DNA from: Thermodesulfovibrionales bacterium
Lineage (GTDB): Bacteria; Nitrospirota; Thermodesulfovibrionia; Thermodesulfovibrionales; UBA9159
Length of the DNA: 49,082 nt
Assembly: GCA_035622735.1 (NCBI GenBank)
Contig: DASPUT010000023.1
Span: 1 to 49,082 of the forward strand
Reading direction: 5' to 3'
The notes beneath the pieces were generated by a model that had not been told where the DNA came from, did no database searches, and was given only the letters and a program-made list of their open reading frames with translations. Shown piece by piece: positions 1 to 8,799 of this stretch (the stretch's first letter is position 1; every line of letters begins with the position of its first letter). The position numbers were made by a program, and so were the translations under genes.

Positions 1-2332
1 CGGTCAGAATGAAAATCGGGATCTTTTTCGTCGACGGGTTTTCCTTTAACTCTTTGATGACGTCGAAACCGAGCATATCGGGGAGGAGAAAGTCGAGGAG
101 GATTACGTCAGGCATTAACGCCGAGGCGAGTTCTATCCCACGCCTGCCTTCCTGGGCAGAGTAGATGAGAAACTCCTGAGATTGCGAGGGCTCTTTCAGA
201 GAATCGAGTCCGTCAGCTGCCTGGATGATGAGTACCGTCACCGGCCGTTTCTTATACCGCAGAATACCGAGGCCTTCAAGCCTGTCGAGCAGGATTTCCT
301 TTTCAAGGGGTTTCATGAGATAGTCCGTGGCGCCGAGCGCAAATGCGAGTTCCTTATTATCGATTACGGAATGAATGAGGACAGGGATATGAGCGGTAGA
401 CTCGTCGTCTTTCAAAGACTGGAGAACCTCCCAACCATCCTTTTTCGGGAGCATGATATCAAGGAGGATCGCGAACGGTCTCAGCTTCTTTGTTTTTTCT
501 ATAGCTTCCTCGCCGTCAAAGGCATGGGCAACCTTATACCCCGCCTGCGTGAGGTGCAGGGTGAGGAGTTCCGCACTCGAAATGTCATCCTCTACGACGA
601 GTATGAGGGGTGCCCTCTCTTCCATCCAGGGGAAGTTGAGGTTCACTGCTTCCGCCTCCTCGGCAGGCGCTTCCTGGACGGGCACGGTCAGCGGTAACAC
701 AAAGGTGAACGTACTCCCCGCGCCGAGTTTGCTCTCGACGGATATCCTGCCCCCGTGGAGTTCAACAAGCTTCCTCGATAGTGCGAGGCCGAGCCCGGCA
801 CCCCCGTACTTCCTCGACAGCGCCGTGTCCGCCTGTTCGAATTCATCGAATATCCTCTCTCTATCGTCTGGACCGATCCCTATGCCGGTATCCCAAACGG
901 AAAATCTCACGAACTGCTGACTCTCCAGTTCACCCTTTCCCTCCGTCCTTTCAATCTGAACCCCGATCTTTCCCCCCTCCGGCGTAAACTTAATAGCATT
1001 TGAGAGGAGGTTATAGAGGACCTGTTTCAGTTTGACCCTGTCGGCGGTGACGTATTCGATGTCACTGCTTATTGAGAGGTCGAGATCGATGATCTTCTTC
1101 TCGGCCATCGGCTGCATTATGGTGAAGACCTCGGAGAGCACCCCCATCACCGTGAAGGTCTCATAGCTCATATCGTATTTGCCTGACTCGATCTTTGCGA
1201 GGTCCAGACAATTGTTGATAATATCGAGGAGATGCTTGCCCGATGACTGGATCGTCCGCAAGTATCTCTTCTGGTCCTCCGTGAGTTCACCGAAGGTCTT
1301 CTCGAGCAGGATATCGGAAAATCCTATGATCGAGTTCAGGGGCGTTCTCAGTTCATGGTTTATATTGTTGATGAATCGTGACTTCAACTCACTCGATCTC
1401 TCAAGCTCCTGATTCGTCTTTTTGAGTTCATCTGTCCTCTCCGCCACCTTCTTTTCGAGGTGTTCACGGAGTTCCGAGATCTTTCCCTCCTGTTCCCTGA
1501 TTCTCTGGAGCGCGGCGCTTCTGTCCGTCATGAGGCCGATGATCCTCGAGAGGAGATTGATGGCCCGTTTCTGTCTCTCAGAGACCTGTCGGGGTTTGAA
1601 ATCGTCGAGGTACATGATGCCGAAGATACGTCCGTCTGCCATGATCGGAGAAACAAAAACCGCTGCGATCCCTTCATCCATGAGCGCGGCGTTGTTCGTA
1701 TAATTGACCTTCGAGAGATCGGGTATCTCGATCATCTCCTTTTTCCTGATGACGAGATCCGTCAAGCCGTCGGCCATGATATTCCAGCGTTCATTAGCGG
1801 AGAACCTCTTGCTCAGGCCCTTGGACGCGAGGAGATGCATCTGTCCGTCCTCTATCATCGCGATGCTTCCTGCGGGCGAATCGGTCATCTCCAGTGCCCT
1901 TTCGAGAACGAATCTCATGAATCCGGGGAGGTCTTCTGCCCGGGAGATGTCTTCAGTGATCGTGATAATCCTTTTTTCGTCCTCTATAGCCTTGTAGAGT
2001 TCGACCATCGCCTTCTTCTGTTTCTCTATCATCTTCCAGAGAAACTTTGCACCCGATGCGTCGATAACCTCCATGTGCCTAAAGAGCGTCCGTATCGTAT
2101 CGCTCAATATCGCGTCATCGGTAACATTGAGAATAATTTCGGGCTCGGCGGCCTTTGCAAGAAGCGTGACGTTATCGAAGACAGGAATTCCCCATTTCTT
2201 TGCGAGGACTACCCCGGGGGTCTCGAGGTTTCTTTCGTAAACCCCGACGATCTTTATATCGGGCTCACCCCGCAGCATGGAAAGTATGGTGCTCCCGGTT
2301 ATGTTCCCGCCCGCGAGGGCAATCTTAAGCAT
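1..2332 (-). CDS. Hybrid sensor histidine kinase with its 3' end cut by the window edge. Domains: Rossmann-like N-terminus, GAF-like sensor, HisKA, HATPase_c, two receiver domains.
   Basis: It is absent from the ORF track because it runs off the left edge. My reverse-complement translation from the ATG at 2332..2330 reads MLKIALAGGNITGSTILSMLRGEPDIKIVGVYERNLET... Further on come the H-box NINHELRTPLNS (about 1330-1380), the G2 region YGGAGLGLALSRKLVELHGGRISVESKLGAGSTFTFVLP (about 700-830) and receiver sequence ..PDVILLDFLLPDMLGFDVIKELKENPSTKKIPIFILT (2..180). The frame stays open to position 2. The + strand ORFs listed here are antisense. Confidence 0.85.
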   Translation of the reverse strand, partial: MLKIALAGGNITGSTILSMLRGEPDIKIVGVYERNLETPGVVLAKKWGIPVFDNVTLLAKAAEPEIILNVTDDAILSDTIRTLFRHMEVIDASGAKFLWKMIEKQKKAMVELYKAIEDEKRIITITEDISRAEDLPGFMRFVLERALEMTDSPAGSIAMIEDGQMHLLASKGLSKRFSANERWNIMADGLTDLVIRKKEMIEIPDLSKVNYTNNAALMDEGIAAVFVSPIMADGRIFGIMYLDDFKPRQVSERQKRAINLLSRIIGLMTDRSAALQRIREQEGKISELREHLEKKVAERTDELKKTNQELERSSELKSRFINNINHELRTPLNSIIGFSDILLEKTFGELTEDQKRYLRTIQSSGKHLLDIINNCLDLAKIESGKYDMSYETFTVMGVLSEVFTIMQPMAEKKIIDLDLSISSDIEYVTADRVKLKQVLYNLLSNAIKFTPEGGKIGVQIERTEGKGELESQQFVRFSVWDTGIGIGPDDRERIFDEFEQADTALSRKYGGAGLGLALSRKLVELHGGRISVESKLGAGSTFTFVLPLTVPVQEAPAEEAEAVNLNFPWMEERAPLILVVEDDISSAELLTLHLTQAGYKVAHAFDGEEAIEKTKKLRPFAILLDIMLPKKDGWEVLQSLKDDESTAHIPVLIHSVIDNKELAFALGATDYLMKPLEKEILLDRLEGLGILRYKKRPVTVLIIQAADGLDSLKEPSQSQEFLIYSAQEGRRGIELASALMPDVILLDFLLPDMLGFDVIKELKENPSTKKIPIFILT

Positions 2333-3326
2333 TGACCATCCTCTGCAGCCCCGTCACCTGCATCATTTCGAGGAACTGGGATGTGAGAACCGGGTCCCAC
2401 TGCCCGTCATTCCTTTCGAACCTTAATACCTCGAGCGCCGTCATAACAGATCTGCCTTCCCGGTACGGTCTCTGCGATACCATGGCGTCGAATGAATCGG
2501 CAATCGAGAGGATCCTGGCATGCAAAGGAATTCTTTCGCCTCTCAGCCCGTCAGGAAACCCGTTTCCATCCCACCTCTCGTGGTGGTTCCTAATGGCCGG
2601 GAGGGAATCTCGCATCGAAACGAGGGGTCTGCAAATCTCTTCTCCGATGAGGGTGTGGCGCCTGATTTCCCCGAACTCCTCCTCCGTGAGATTTCCTTCC
2701 TTGCAGAGCAGAGTGGAACTCAATCCTATCTTGCCGATATCATGGAGAATGCCTGCCTTCCTCAACTGTTGCTGTACCCTGCCCCCGAAGCCGAGGAAGG
2801 CGGCAAAGGACTTCGAAATGTCCCCCACTCGCGTTGAGTGTCCTCGGGTATAGGGATCACGCGATTCCATAGCCACGGCGAGGGTGAGGATCACGTTTTC
2901 GGAATGCTCAAGGTCATCCTGGAGGCTCTTCAACCTCAGCAGTGACTTCACCTTTGTTATGAGTTCCTCGGTGTCGAACGGCTTGCTGATGAAATCATCG
3001 GCACCGCTTTCAAGGCCGATGATCTTACTCTGCTTGTCAATGAGCGCGGTGAGGAGAATAACGGGAAAGAACTGTTTTTCGTTCATCTCTTTTATGGTCT
3101 TGCAGAGTTCGTAGCCGTCTATCCCCGGCATCATGACGTCAAGAACGGCTATGTCAACTCTTTGTGTCTGGAATATTTCGATCGCCGAATATGCGTCGAG
3201 TGCGGTAAAAACGACGAAGCCGTTTCTCGTGAAGATCGCTTCGAGGAGTTCGAGGTTCGGTAGGAGGTCGTCCACAACTAGGATGGAAGGTTTTTCCTCG
3301 GCGATGAGAACTTCTGTGGGAACCAT
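2325..3326 (-). CDS. Response regulator with an HD-GYP domain (cyclic-di-GMP phosphodiesterase, RpfG type)
   Basis: The 333-aa ORF has an N-terminal receiver (ILVVDD..VLDVMMPGIDG..SKP) followed by HDIGKIGL and HHERWDGNGFPDGL (HD-GYP signature). Its stop overlaps the kinase start by 8 nt (ATGCTTAA). Confidence 0.9.
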   Translation of the reverse strand: MVPTEVLIAEEKPSILVVDDLLPNLELLEAIFTRNGFVVFTALDAYSAIEIFQTQRVDIAVLDVMMPGIDGYELCKTIKEMNEKQFFPVILLTALIDKQSKIIGLESGADDFISKPFDTEELITKVKSLLRLKSLQDDLEHSENVILTLAVAMESRDPYTRGHSTRVGDISKSFAAFLGFGGRVQQQLRKAGILHDIGKIGLSSTLLCKEGNLTEEEFGEIRRHTLIGEEICRPLVSMRDSLPAIRNHHERWDGNGFPDGLRGERIPLHARILSIADSFDAMVSQRPYREGRSVMTALEVLRFERNDGQWDPVLTSQFLEMMQVTGLQRMVNA

Positions 3327-3332
3327 AGAGAA

Positions 3333-3361
3333 ATTAAAGCACGCATCAATTAATTTGTCAA
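3333..3361 (-). promoter_or_regulatory. Sigma70-like promoter (TTGACA-17-TTTAAT) ending 6 nt before the ATG at 3326, which suggests a possibly leaderless transcript
   Basis: The minus strand reads TTGACAaattaattgatgcgtgcTTTAATttctctATG. No Shine-Dalgarno sequence lies between the -10 box and the start codon. Confidence 0.35.
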
Positions 3362-3417
3362 GAAATTTCTTTTAATATTTGCGTGTTATGAGAATTATCT
3401 CACAAAAAACTTAAGGC

Positions 3418-3633
3418 TTAGAGAAGTCGCAGGCCAGCATAATAGCAGCAGCACTCATTGTCGAGGTCATTGATGAAGGATCTCTCCGAACCATCTTCAA
3501 AGAGAATTCTCACAAAACAGAAACCACCGGGAAGGCTCGAATGGCTTTCCTGAACGACCTCGCCATCACCCCAGTGATCGTGTCTGATATGTTTTACCCT
3601 ATCACCAATTCGCAAATATAACCGCTGTTTCAT
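3418..3633 (-). CDS. Small conserved-looking protein, DUF3553-like
   Basis: The 71-aa ORF follows the pattern GDRVKH....WGDGEVV.......VRILFEDGSE, which resembles the DUF3553 family as I recall it. Confidence 0.55.
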   Translation of the reverse strand: MKQRLYLRIGDRVKHIRHDHWGDGEVVQESHSSLPGGFCFVRILFEDGSERSFINDLDNECCCYYAGLRLL

Positions 3634-3638
3634 TTCTT

Positions 3639-3647
3639 ATTATAACA
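3639..3647 (-). promoter_or_regulatory. Extended -10 element (TGTTATAAT) 5 nt upstream of the ATG at 3633
   Basis: The minus strand reads ggTGTTATAATaagaaATG. There is no room for a ribosome-binding site. Confidence 0.35.
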
Positions 3648-3759
3648 CCGAGAAAGTACGCGCATTTCAGCGAGGCAAGTCGCGCAGTCTCTTGTGAGGG
3701 GCTGGCAGCGGCCTGAAATTCGCTGCTGTCTTTGGCGTGTCCTTCAAGCAGCAAATCGG

Positions 3760-4692
3760 CTAACGTATATACGTTCCATAGATGCTATAGACAAAGTGGC
3801 CGGTAATGGTGAGGTCGTCCTTACCCCACTCAGTCGGCAGGGGCCAGAACGGTTGAGCATCCCGTAACGCCTGCTGGGCCGCTTCATCAAGGCTCCTGTG
3901 TCCGGAAGTCCTCAACAGCTCCATATCTCCGAGCATCCCGTTCTTCTTTATCGTGAACCTGATATAGAGATCACCATAGATGCCCCTCATGGCTGCGTCA
4001 GGAGGGTATTTCCAGATGCCCTCGATCTTCTCTCTCAACCGTTCCATATACGTGCGATACTTGAATTCTTCATTGTGAAACGTGAGCGTGTTTTCACTTT
4101 TCTGTTCCTCCCGCTTGGCGAATTTTTCGACCACTTCCCTGTCGAAAAGCTTCTCTCTGACCGACGGCATCGGGACAGTCCTTCCCAGGTCTCCGGGTTT
4201 TTGAGAAGGCAGAGAGCGAAGTCCTTCTCCATCCTTCTGCCCTCCCGATGGAGCACTTCCGGGTGACTGTGCCTGAGAAATGCTTTTGTCTGTTTCTCCG
4301 GAAGCCCTATCAGACTCCTCGCGGGAAGGCGGAATGGGCAACTGGCGGGGAGGCGAAGATTGTGCAGGCTGCCTCTGAGGTCGGGCAACCGACGGTCTTG
4401 CGATACGACTATCCGCGGGTTTCACGGGAGGGGAAGGTCTCGAAGCGGATGGAGGATTAGCCCGCGCCTCCGGAATCTGCTTCAGTTCATCGGGGTTCAC
4501 GAGCCGGGTAACGAAGGGTTTCTCCTTCTCCTTTTTTTCTGTCGGCAAGAGGAAGAATACCAGTCCAAGCAAGAGATGGACCGTGACGGAGAACACGATC
4601 GCCCCTCTCCAGGAGAGAAGTCCTCTCATCGTTCTAACGATGCGGTTTCTCTTCATGCGCAACTTCCAAACGTACCGTGCCGATCGGAACAC
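3760..4692 (-). CDS. Energy transducer TonB family protein
   Basis: It has an N-terminal TM helix (AIVFSVTVHLLLGLVFFLLP), a Pro/Ser-rich linker, and a C-terminal TonB-type domain (YPPDAAMRGIYGDLYIRFTIKKNG...). The true start may be an internal Met (MKRNR or MRGLL). Confidence 0.8.
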   Translation of the reverse strand: MFRSARYVWKLRMKRNRIVRTMRGLLSWRGAIVFSVTVHLLLGLVFFLLPTEKKEKEKPFVTRLVNPDELKQIPEARANPPSASRPSPPVKPADSRIARPSVARPQRQPAQSSPPRQLPIPPSREESDRASGETDKSISQAQSPGSAPSGGQKDGEGLRSLPSQKPGDLGRTVPMPSVREKLFDREVVEKFAKREEQKSENTLTFHNEEFKYRTYMERLREKIEGIWKYPPDAAMRGIYGDLYIRFTIKKNGMLGDMELLRTSGHRSLDEAAQQALRDAQPFWPLPTEWGKDDLTITGHFVYSIYGTYIR

Positions 4693-4808
4693 CCGGCACT
4701 GCTAAGACGGGAAAGCGGAGAAGAGAGGACCCCTTTCCTTTGAGGGGAGTGCCGGAGATTCTTCCGGTCTTGAACGAGATTGTTATCGCTAAACAAAGAA
4801 TACCCGGT

Positions 4809-5936
4809 TCAACGTTTCCAAGCAAGTAATCTTCTGAAAAGGTTCATGTAAGAGAGGATACTTCCTCTCCCCGGATCCTTCTTGAGCCAGAGCCTCATGG
4901 ATGCGTCCTGCACCTCCGGTCTCTTGTGGAACTGAACGAGCCGTTCTGTCTGGTTGTCGTCCCTCAGGAAGAATTCCGAAAGGCGTTTCATGAGCGAAAA
5001 CCGTTTGCCGAAGGCTTTTTCCCAGAGGCGCTTATACTCCCCTCTCCTTCCTTCAATGATCGCCGCTGCTGCAAATTCTGCAGACTTCATCGCATAATAG
5101 ATTCCTTCATAGGTCAGCGGCAGCACCTGACCGGCCGCGTCTCCCGTAAAGAATACCCCGTCCTTTACAAAGATGTCACCCTGCCAGAGAGGTATCCGAT
5201 GACCGCGTAAAGAAGCCCCGTTTCCCGTCATAGGGGTCCCTGCCTTCAACGCCCTTCTCTCGGCAAAACGCCTCCAGAGCATTCTTATCTCGCTGTTATT
5301 GACGGATCCTGTCCCTACGGATATGCCTCCGTTTTGCGGAAAGACCCATGAGTAGCAGCGCGGAGCGTGGGAGGAACCGAACCAGAATTCGCAGCAATCC
5401 GTCTGCGGCCCCTGTATCTTCGCCGAGACCGCGAGGAGAGACGTGACAGGTTGGATGTTGAGCGCTGCCCGGACCCGTGAGTTGACCCCGTCAGCCGCTA
5501 TGACATGATCGGCTTCAATCAGAACTGTCCCGCCATGCACCGACACTTCCGAGACTGCCGTCTTACCGACCTTCACGAAGCGCCTGAATTCCCCTTCCAT
5601 GAGCCATGCCCCGGACTTCCGCGTTTCCTCCCTGAGGGCCGAGTCGAAATCCCCCCTGTTAACGATGGCTATTGTGGCATCCTTCAATCGGATAGGAACG
5701 GGTTCCCCCCCGGGAGAGATGATCTTGATCGTATCCACGTGCTTCGTGACGGCGCTCTCAGTCAACTGCAGCTCGGTAAAGGCAGTAGACGGAATGCCCC
5801 CGCCACAGGGCTTGATGAAGGAGAGGTTCTTCTCGATGAGGACCGTGTCAATGCCCTCCCTCGCGAGCGCCCTTGCCGCTATCGACCCTGCGGGGCCCCC
5901 GCCCACTACCAACACTGCGGTTCTTATGCTCTTCAT
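4809..5936 (-). CDS. FAD-dependent oxidoreductase, geranylgeranyl reductase family
   Basis: It has an N-terminal dinucleotide fold (VLVVGGGPAGSIAARALAREGIDTVLIEK) and a GDAAG motif (FFTGDAAGQVLP). Confidence 0.85.
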   Translation of the reverse strand: MKSIRTAVLVVGGGPAGSIAARALAREGIDTVLIEKNLSFIKPCGGGIPSTAFTELQLTESAVTKHVDTIKIISPGGEPVPIRLKDATIAIVNRGDFDSALREETRKSGAWLMEGEFRRFVKVGKTAVSEVSVHGGTVLIEADHVIAADGVNSRVRAALNIQPVTSLLAVSAKIQGPQTDCCEFWFGSSHAPRCYSWVFPQNGGISVGTGSVNNSEIRMLWRRFAERRALKAGTPMTGNGASLRGHRIPLWQGDIFVKDGVFFTGDAAGQVLPLTYEGIYYAMKSAEFAAAAIIEGRRGEYKRLWEKAFGKRFSLMKRLSEFFLRDDNQTERLVQFHKRPEVQDASMRLWLKKDPGRGSILSYMNLFRRLLAWKR

Positions 5937-6023
5937 GGTTTATAATTCTGTCTGAGATTATCTATGGCCTGATTTCCGTCGCTCCGAAGAGTCGGGAGAT
6001 CCTGATCGATGTCTTTCTATTCT

Positions 6024-6557
6024 TTAACTGACGGCAGGAGAACGGTTCGGGTTTAGAAAACTCGGCGGAAAGGGGCAATGGATCTTCGCTCTCTTGAACA
6101 TATTCCGGTTCATAAAGTAGGCTGAAACCTTGAAGAAGAAGTCGCCTACGGAACCGGAGATCGTACCGTCTCTGTTTTCACCCCATCCCACGGTCTTCTC
6201 GTTATTATTGATCGCAATGATGAGGTAGACGAGACCCTTCTTCATTCCTTCTATGTCCTCTTCGCTCGGTATCGGGAGCCCTTTCGTCGTGCCAAACTGG
6301 GTATGTGAATGGAAATCACCGATAATCTGGAGCCTGTCGAATCTCTCGAGGATCGGCGCTATCCTCTTATGGTTTTTGTCATGAACGATAACACCTTTGT
6401 GCCTCCTATTCGCCGTTTGAAAACTGAAGGCATGCTCGACGATGAACCGGTCCTCCAGCCGGTACCCGAGAAGATAGCCAAGGCATTCCCTCTTATACAC
6501 CTCAGCCGAGCTGAGGAGAATGTCGATAAACGCATTCTCTGACAGATATACTCTCAT
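6024..6557 (-). CDS. JAB/MPN (JAMM) metalloprotease domain protein
   Basis: It carries the motifs ECLGYLLG ... HSHTQFGTTKGLPIPSEED, i.e. E, HxH, SxxD, with a longer than usual spacer. Confidence 0.7.
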   Translation of the reverse strand: MRVYLSENAFIDILLSSAEVYKRECLGYLLGYRLEDRFIVEHAFSFQTANRRHKGVIVHDKNHKRIAPILERFDRLQIIGDFHSHTQFGTTKGLPIPSEEDIEGMKKGLVYLIIAINNNEKTVGWGENRDGTISGSVGDFFFKVSAYFMNRNMFKRAKIHCPFPPSFLNPNRSPAVS

Positions 6558-6565
6558 TTCCTAAA

Positions 6566-7015
6566 TCATCGTGGTGCCCCCACGGTCAGGACAGGGCACC
6601 GTGCATTTCGCACGATCCGTTCCGCGGTGCTGCCGAATATAATCCTATCCAGTCCCTTTCTGCTGTGGGTACCCGTAATGAGGATGTCAATCGTATTCTC
6701 GTCTGCAAACTTCAGAATCTCTTCGTGAGGGATTCCCTTCAGGATCCGGTATTCGATCTCTTTGTACCCTCTCAGCTCTTCACAACACCACTTCTCGCAT
6801 TCCTTCAGGGCATTCCGTTCCATGTCGCTGTAGAGCTCTTCTATATTAACATGGGGCACATAAAATCCGGTTCCTTTCGCTATATCATAGAGGACGTGAA
6901 CGACGTAGAGCCGCGCCTGGTAATGCTTTGTCAGATCCACAACATAGGGGACGGCGTGTGCGGAGCCTTCCGAAAAATCTGTCGGGAAAAGAATTCTCTT
7001 AATTTCCATGGTCAA
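6566..7015 (-). CDS. Universal stress protein (UspA family)
   Basis: The 149-aa ORF shows KRILFPTDFSEGS ... ITGTHSRKGLDRIIFGSTAERIVRNARCPVLTV. Confidence 0.9.
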   Translation of the reverse strand: MTMEIKRILFPTDFSEGSAHAVPYVVDLTKHYQARLYVVHVLYDIAKGTGFYVPHVNIEELYSDMERNALKECEKWCCEELRGYKEIEYRILKGIPHEEILKFADENTIDILITGTHSRKGLDRIIFGSTAERIVRNARCPVLTVGAPR

Positions 7016-8004
7016 GCCTCCCTTAAATATTTTGCTGCATCCTCAGGGGATGTCGTAAGGATATGGAACCCCGACCCCCATTCAAATCCGCTTGTCCTGA
7101 GCAGACGGGGCATGATCTCGATGTGCCAGTGAAAATCCTCTCCCAGGGTGTGCCAGTGGTTACGCCGTGGAACCCTGTTTGGCGCGGTATGGAGGACATA
7201 ACTGTACGGAGGGTCCTTCAAAATGGACCTCATGTTCTTGAGCATGCGAGAGAGGGTGAGTCCGAGGTCCTCTGTTTCCGCGTCACTGATGTCCTGGAAT
7301 GCGCAACTATGCTTCTTCGGCAGTACCCAGAACTCAAAGGGAAACCTCGGGGCGAAGGGGCTGAAGACAAGGAAGTCTCTCGTTTCAGATATTATCCTGT
7401 CGCCGAACCTCAGCTCTTCACGCATCATGTCGCAGAAGATACACCTCTCCTTATAGACAAAGTACTGTTTGGCTCCGTCAAGCTCTTCCTTGACCTGTTT
7501 GGGGATTACCGGCGTTGCCGCAATTTCGGAATGGGGGTGGGTAAACGAAGCGCCGGCCGACCTTCCGGAATCCTTGTAGATAAGGGTGTAACGCAGCCTC
7601 GGGTCTCTTTCGAGGTCAGCGATCCTCTCCCGGTAAAGCCTGAGAACCCTCATGACTTGTTCCACTCCGATATCCTCCGGTTGTTTTGTGTGTTCCGGGG
7701 TCTCGACGATTAACTCGTTCGCACCGATGCCGTTCATCTTGTCATACATCCCGAGGCCTTTTCGTCCGAGTTCACCCTCAATCTGGAAAACAGGCTCGAA
7801 ATTTGGGATGACCCGTGCCCACCATTTCCCGTCTTCCCGTACCGAGGCTATTTCTTTCGGGGTCTTTGTTTCGTTGCCGGCACAGAGGACGCAGGATGTC
7901 TCGTTCCTTTTTTCGGTCGTGGCATCGTATGCTTCCGGTGGTTTTGAGTCGTTCAGGACGGCCACCCATCTGCCGAGCAGCGGGTCTTTTCGCAGCTCAT
8001 GCAT
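7012..8004 (-). CDS. Galactose-1-phosphate uridylyltransferase family protein (HIT superfamily)
   Basis: It has a CVLC zinc motif, an HPHSE active-site-like motif, and a second half-domain with HWHIEIMP. HPHSE differs from the classical HPHGQ, so the substrate is uncertain. Confidence 0.75.
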   Translation of the reverse strand: MHELRKDPLLGRWVAVLNDSKPPEAYDATTEKRNETSCVLCAGNETKTPKEIASVREDGKWWARVIPNFEPVFQIEGELGRKGLGMYDKMNGIGANELIVETPEHTKQPEDIGVEQVMRVLRLYRERIADLERDPRLRYTLIYKDSGRSAGASFTHPHSEIAATPVIPKQVKEELDGAKQYFVYKERCIFCDMMREELRFGDRIISETRDFLVFSPFAPRFPFEFWVLPKKHSCAFQDISDAETEDLGLTLSRMLKNMRSILKDPPYSYVLHTAPNRVPRRNHWHTLGEDFHWHIEIMPRLLRTSGFEWGSGFHILTTSPEDAAKYLREA

Positions 8005-8795
8005 CAGGTGTTCCTTTCATAAATCAACCTCAGGCCGCTCAGAGTCAGATCGGGTTCCATGCGGAAGCCTCTCCTGAGAAACCGTGCCATGATTCCGGCG
8101 TTTCCTCCCGTAATTACGACCTTGAAGTTGCAAGACGCTTCGTGTTCCATCTCGGTTACAAGCCTTTCGACGGCACCTGCCGTACCGTATATAATACCAG
8201 AAACCATGCAGCTCGGCGTGTCTTTTCCGACAGCAGACGGCCTGCGCTCCCCAGAGATTCGGTCGGGGCTTATATCGAGAGGGGGGAGCAGCGCCGTGCC
8301 GCCATGGAGCGCTTCAGCCATCAGACTTATCCCCGGCAGTATCGACCCTCCGATAAAGGTGTCGTCCTTAACCGCGCTGAGTGTCGTCGCCGAACCGAAA
8401 TCGACGGCAATGACAGGGGATCCAAGGAGATTATACGCGGCAACAGCATTTGCGATTCTGTCTGTGCCGACATCAAAGGGTTTTGAGAGGTCGAAACGCA
8501 AACCTGTGTTCATGGAGGCAGTGATCATTAGCGGGTCACTGTTGCTTAAATTGGCAACTGCTTTACTAATGAGCCCGCTAAGTTCCGGGACCACTGAAGA
8601 TAGCGCAACCCCTGCAAGCGGTTTTGGCCTTCGCGGAGACTGTCGAAAGGGCAGGAGAAATTCCTTGATTTCAGACTCGTATGCCCGATAAGGCCTCCTC
8701 GGACGGACAGGGATCTTCAGCCTGCCCCTGAGGATCGCATCGGAAAAAAGGCCGATCGTGATAAAAGAATTGCCTATATCTACCGCAAGGAGCAC
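8004..8795 (-). CDS. coaX: Type III pantothenate kinase
   Basis: Motifs LLAVDIGNS, GTDRIANAVAA and AVDFGSATT are present. The longest ORF reaches 8894, but CoaX proteins start a few residues before the DIGN motif. An in-frame GTG at 8795 follows a GGGGG tract and lies 5 nt after the birA stop. Confidence 0.85.
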   Translation of the reverse strand: MLLAVDIGNSFITIGLFSDAILRGRLKIPVRPRRPYRAYESEIKEFLLPFRQSPRRPKPLAGVALSSVVPELSGLISKAVANLSNSDPLMITASMNTGLRFDLSKPFDVGTDRIANAVAAYNLLGSPVIAVDFGSATTLSAVKDDTFIGGSILPGISLMAEALHGGTALLPPLDISPDRISGERRPSAVGKDTPSCMVSGIIYGTAGAVERLVTEMEHEASCNFKVVITGGNAGIMARFLRRGFRMEPDLTLSGLRLIYERNT

Positions 8796-8799
8796 CCCC

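Noticed and set aside
1460-2335. Long plus-strand ORFs of 170-290 aa at 182..697, 453..920 and 1460..2335. Similar long ORFs lie at 7063..7713, 7815..8486, 8059..8691, 10801..11499, 31301..32002, 36349..36975, 38862..39380 and 45934..46614
   Set aside because: All lie antisense to (or out of frame with) genes that have unmistakable motifs. Their translations are low-complexity or Ser/Arg/Pro-rich with no motifs or SD sites. I treat them as artefacts of codon bias.
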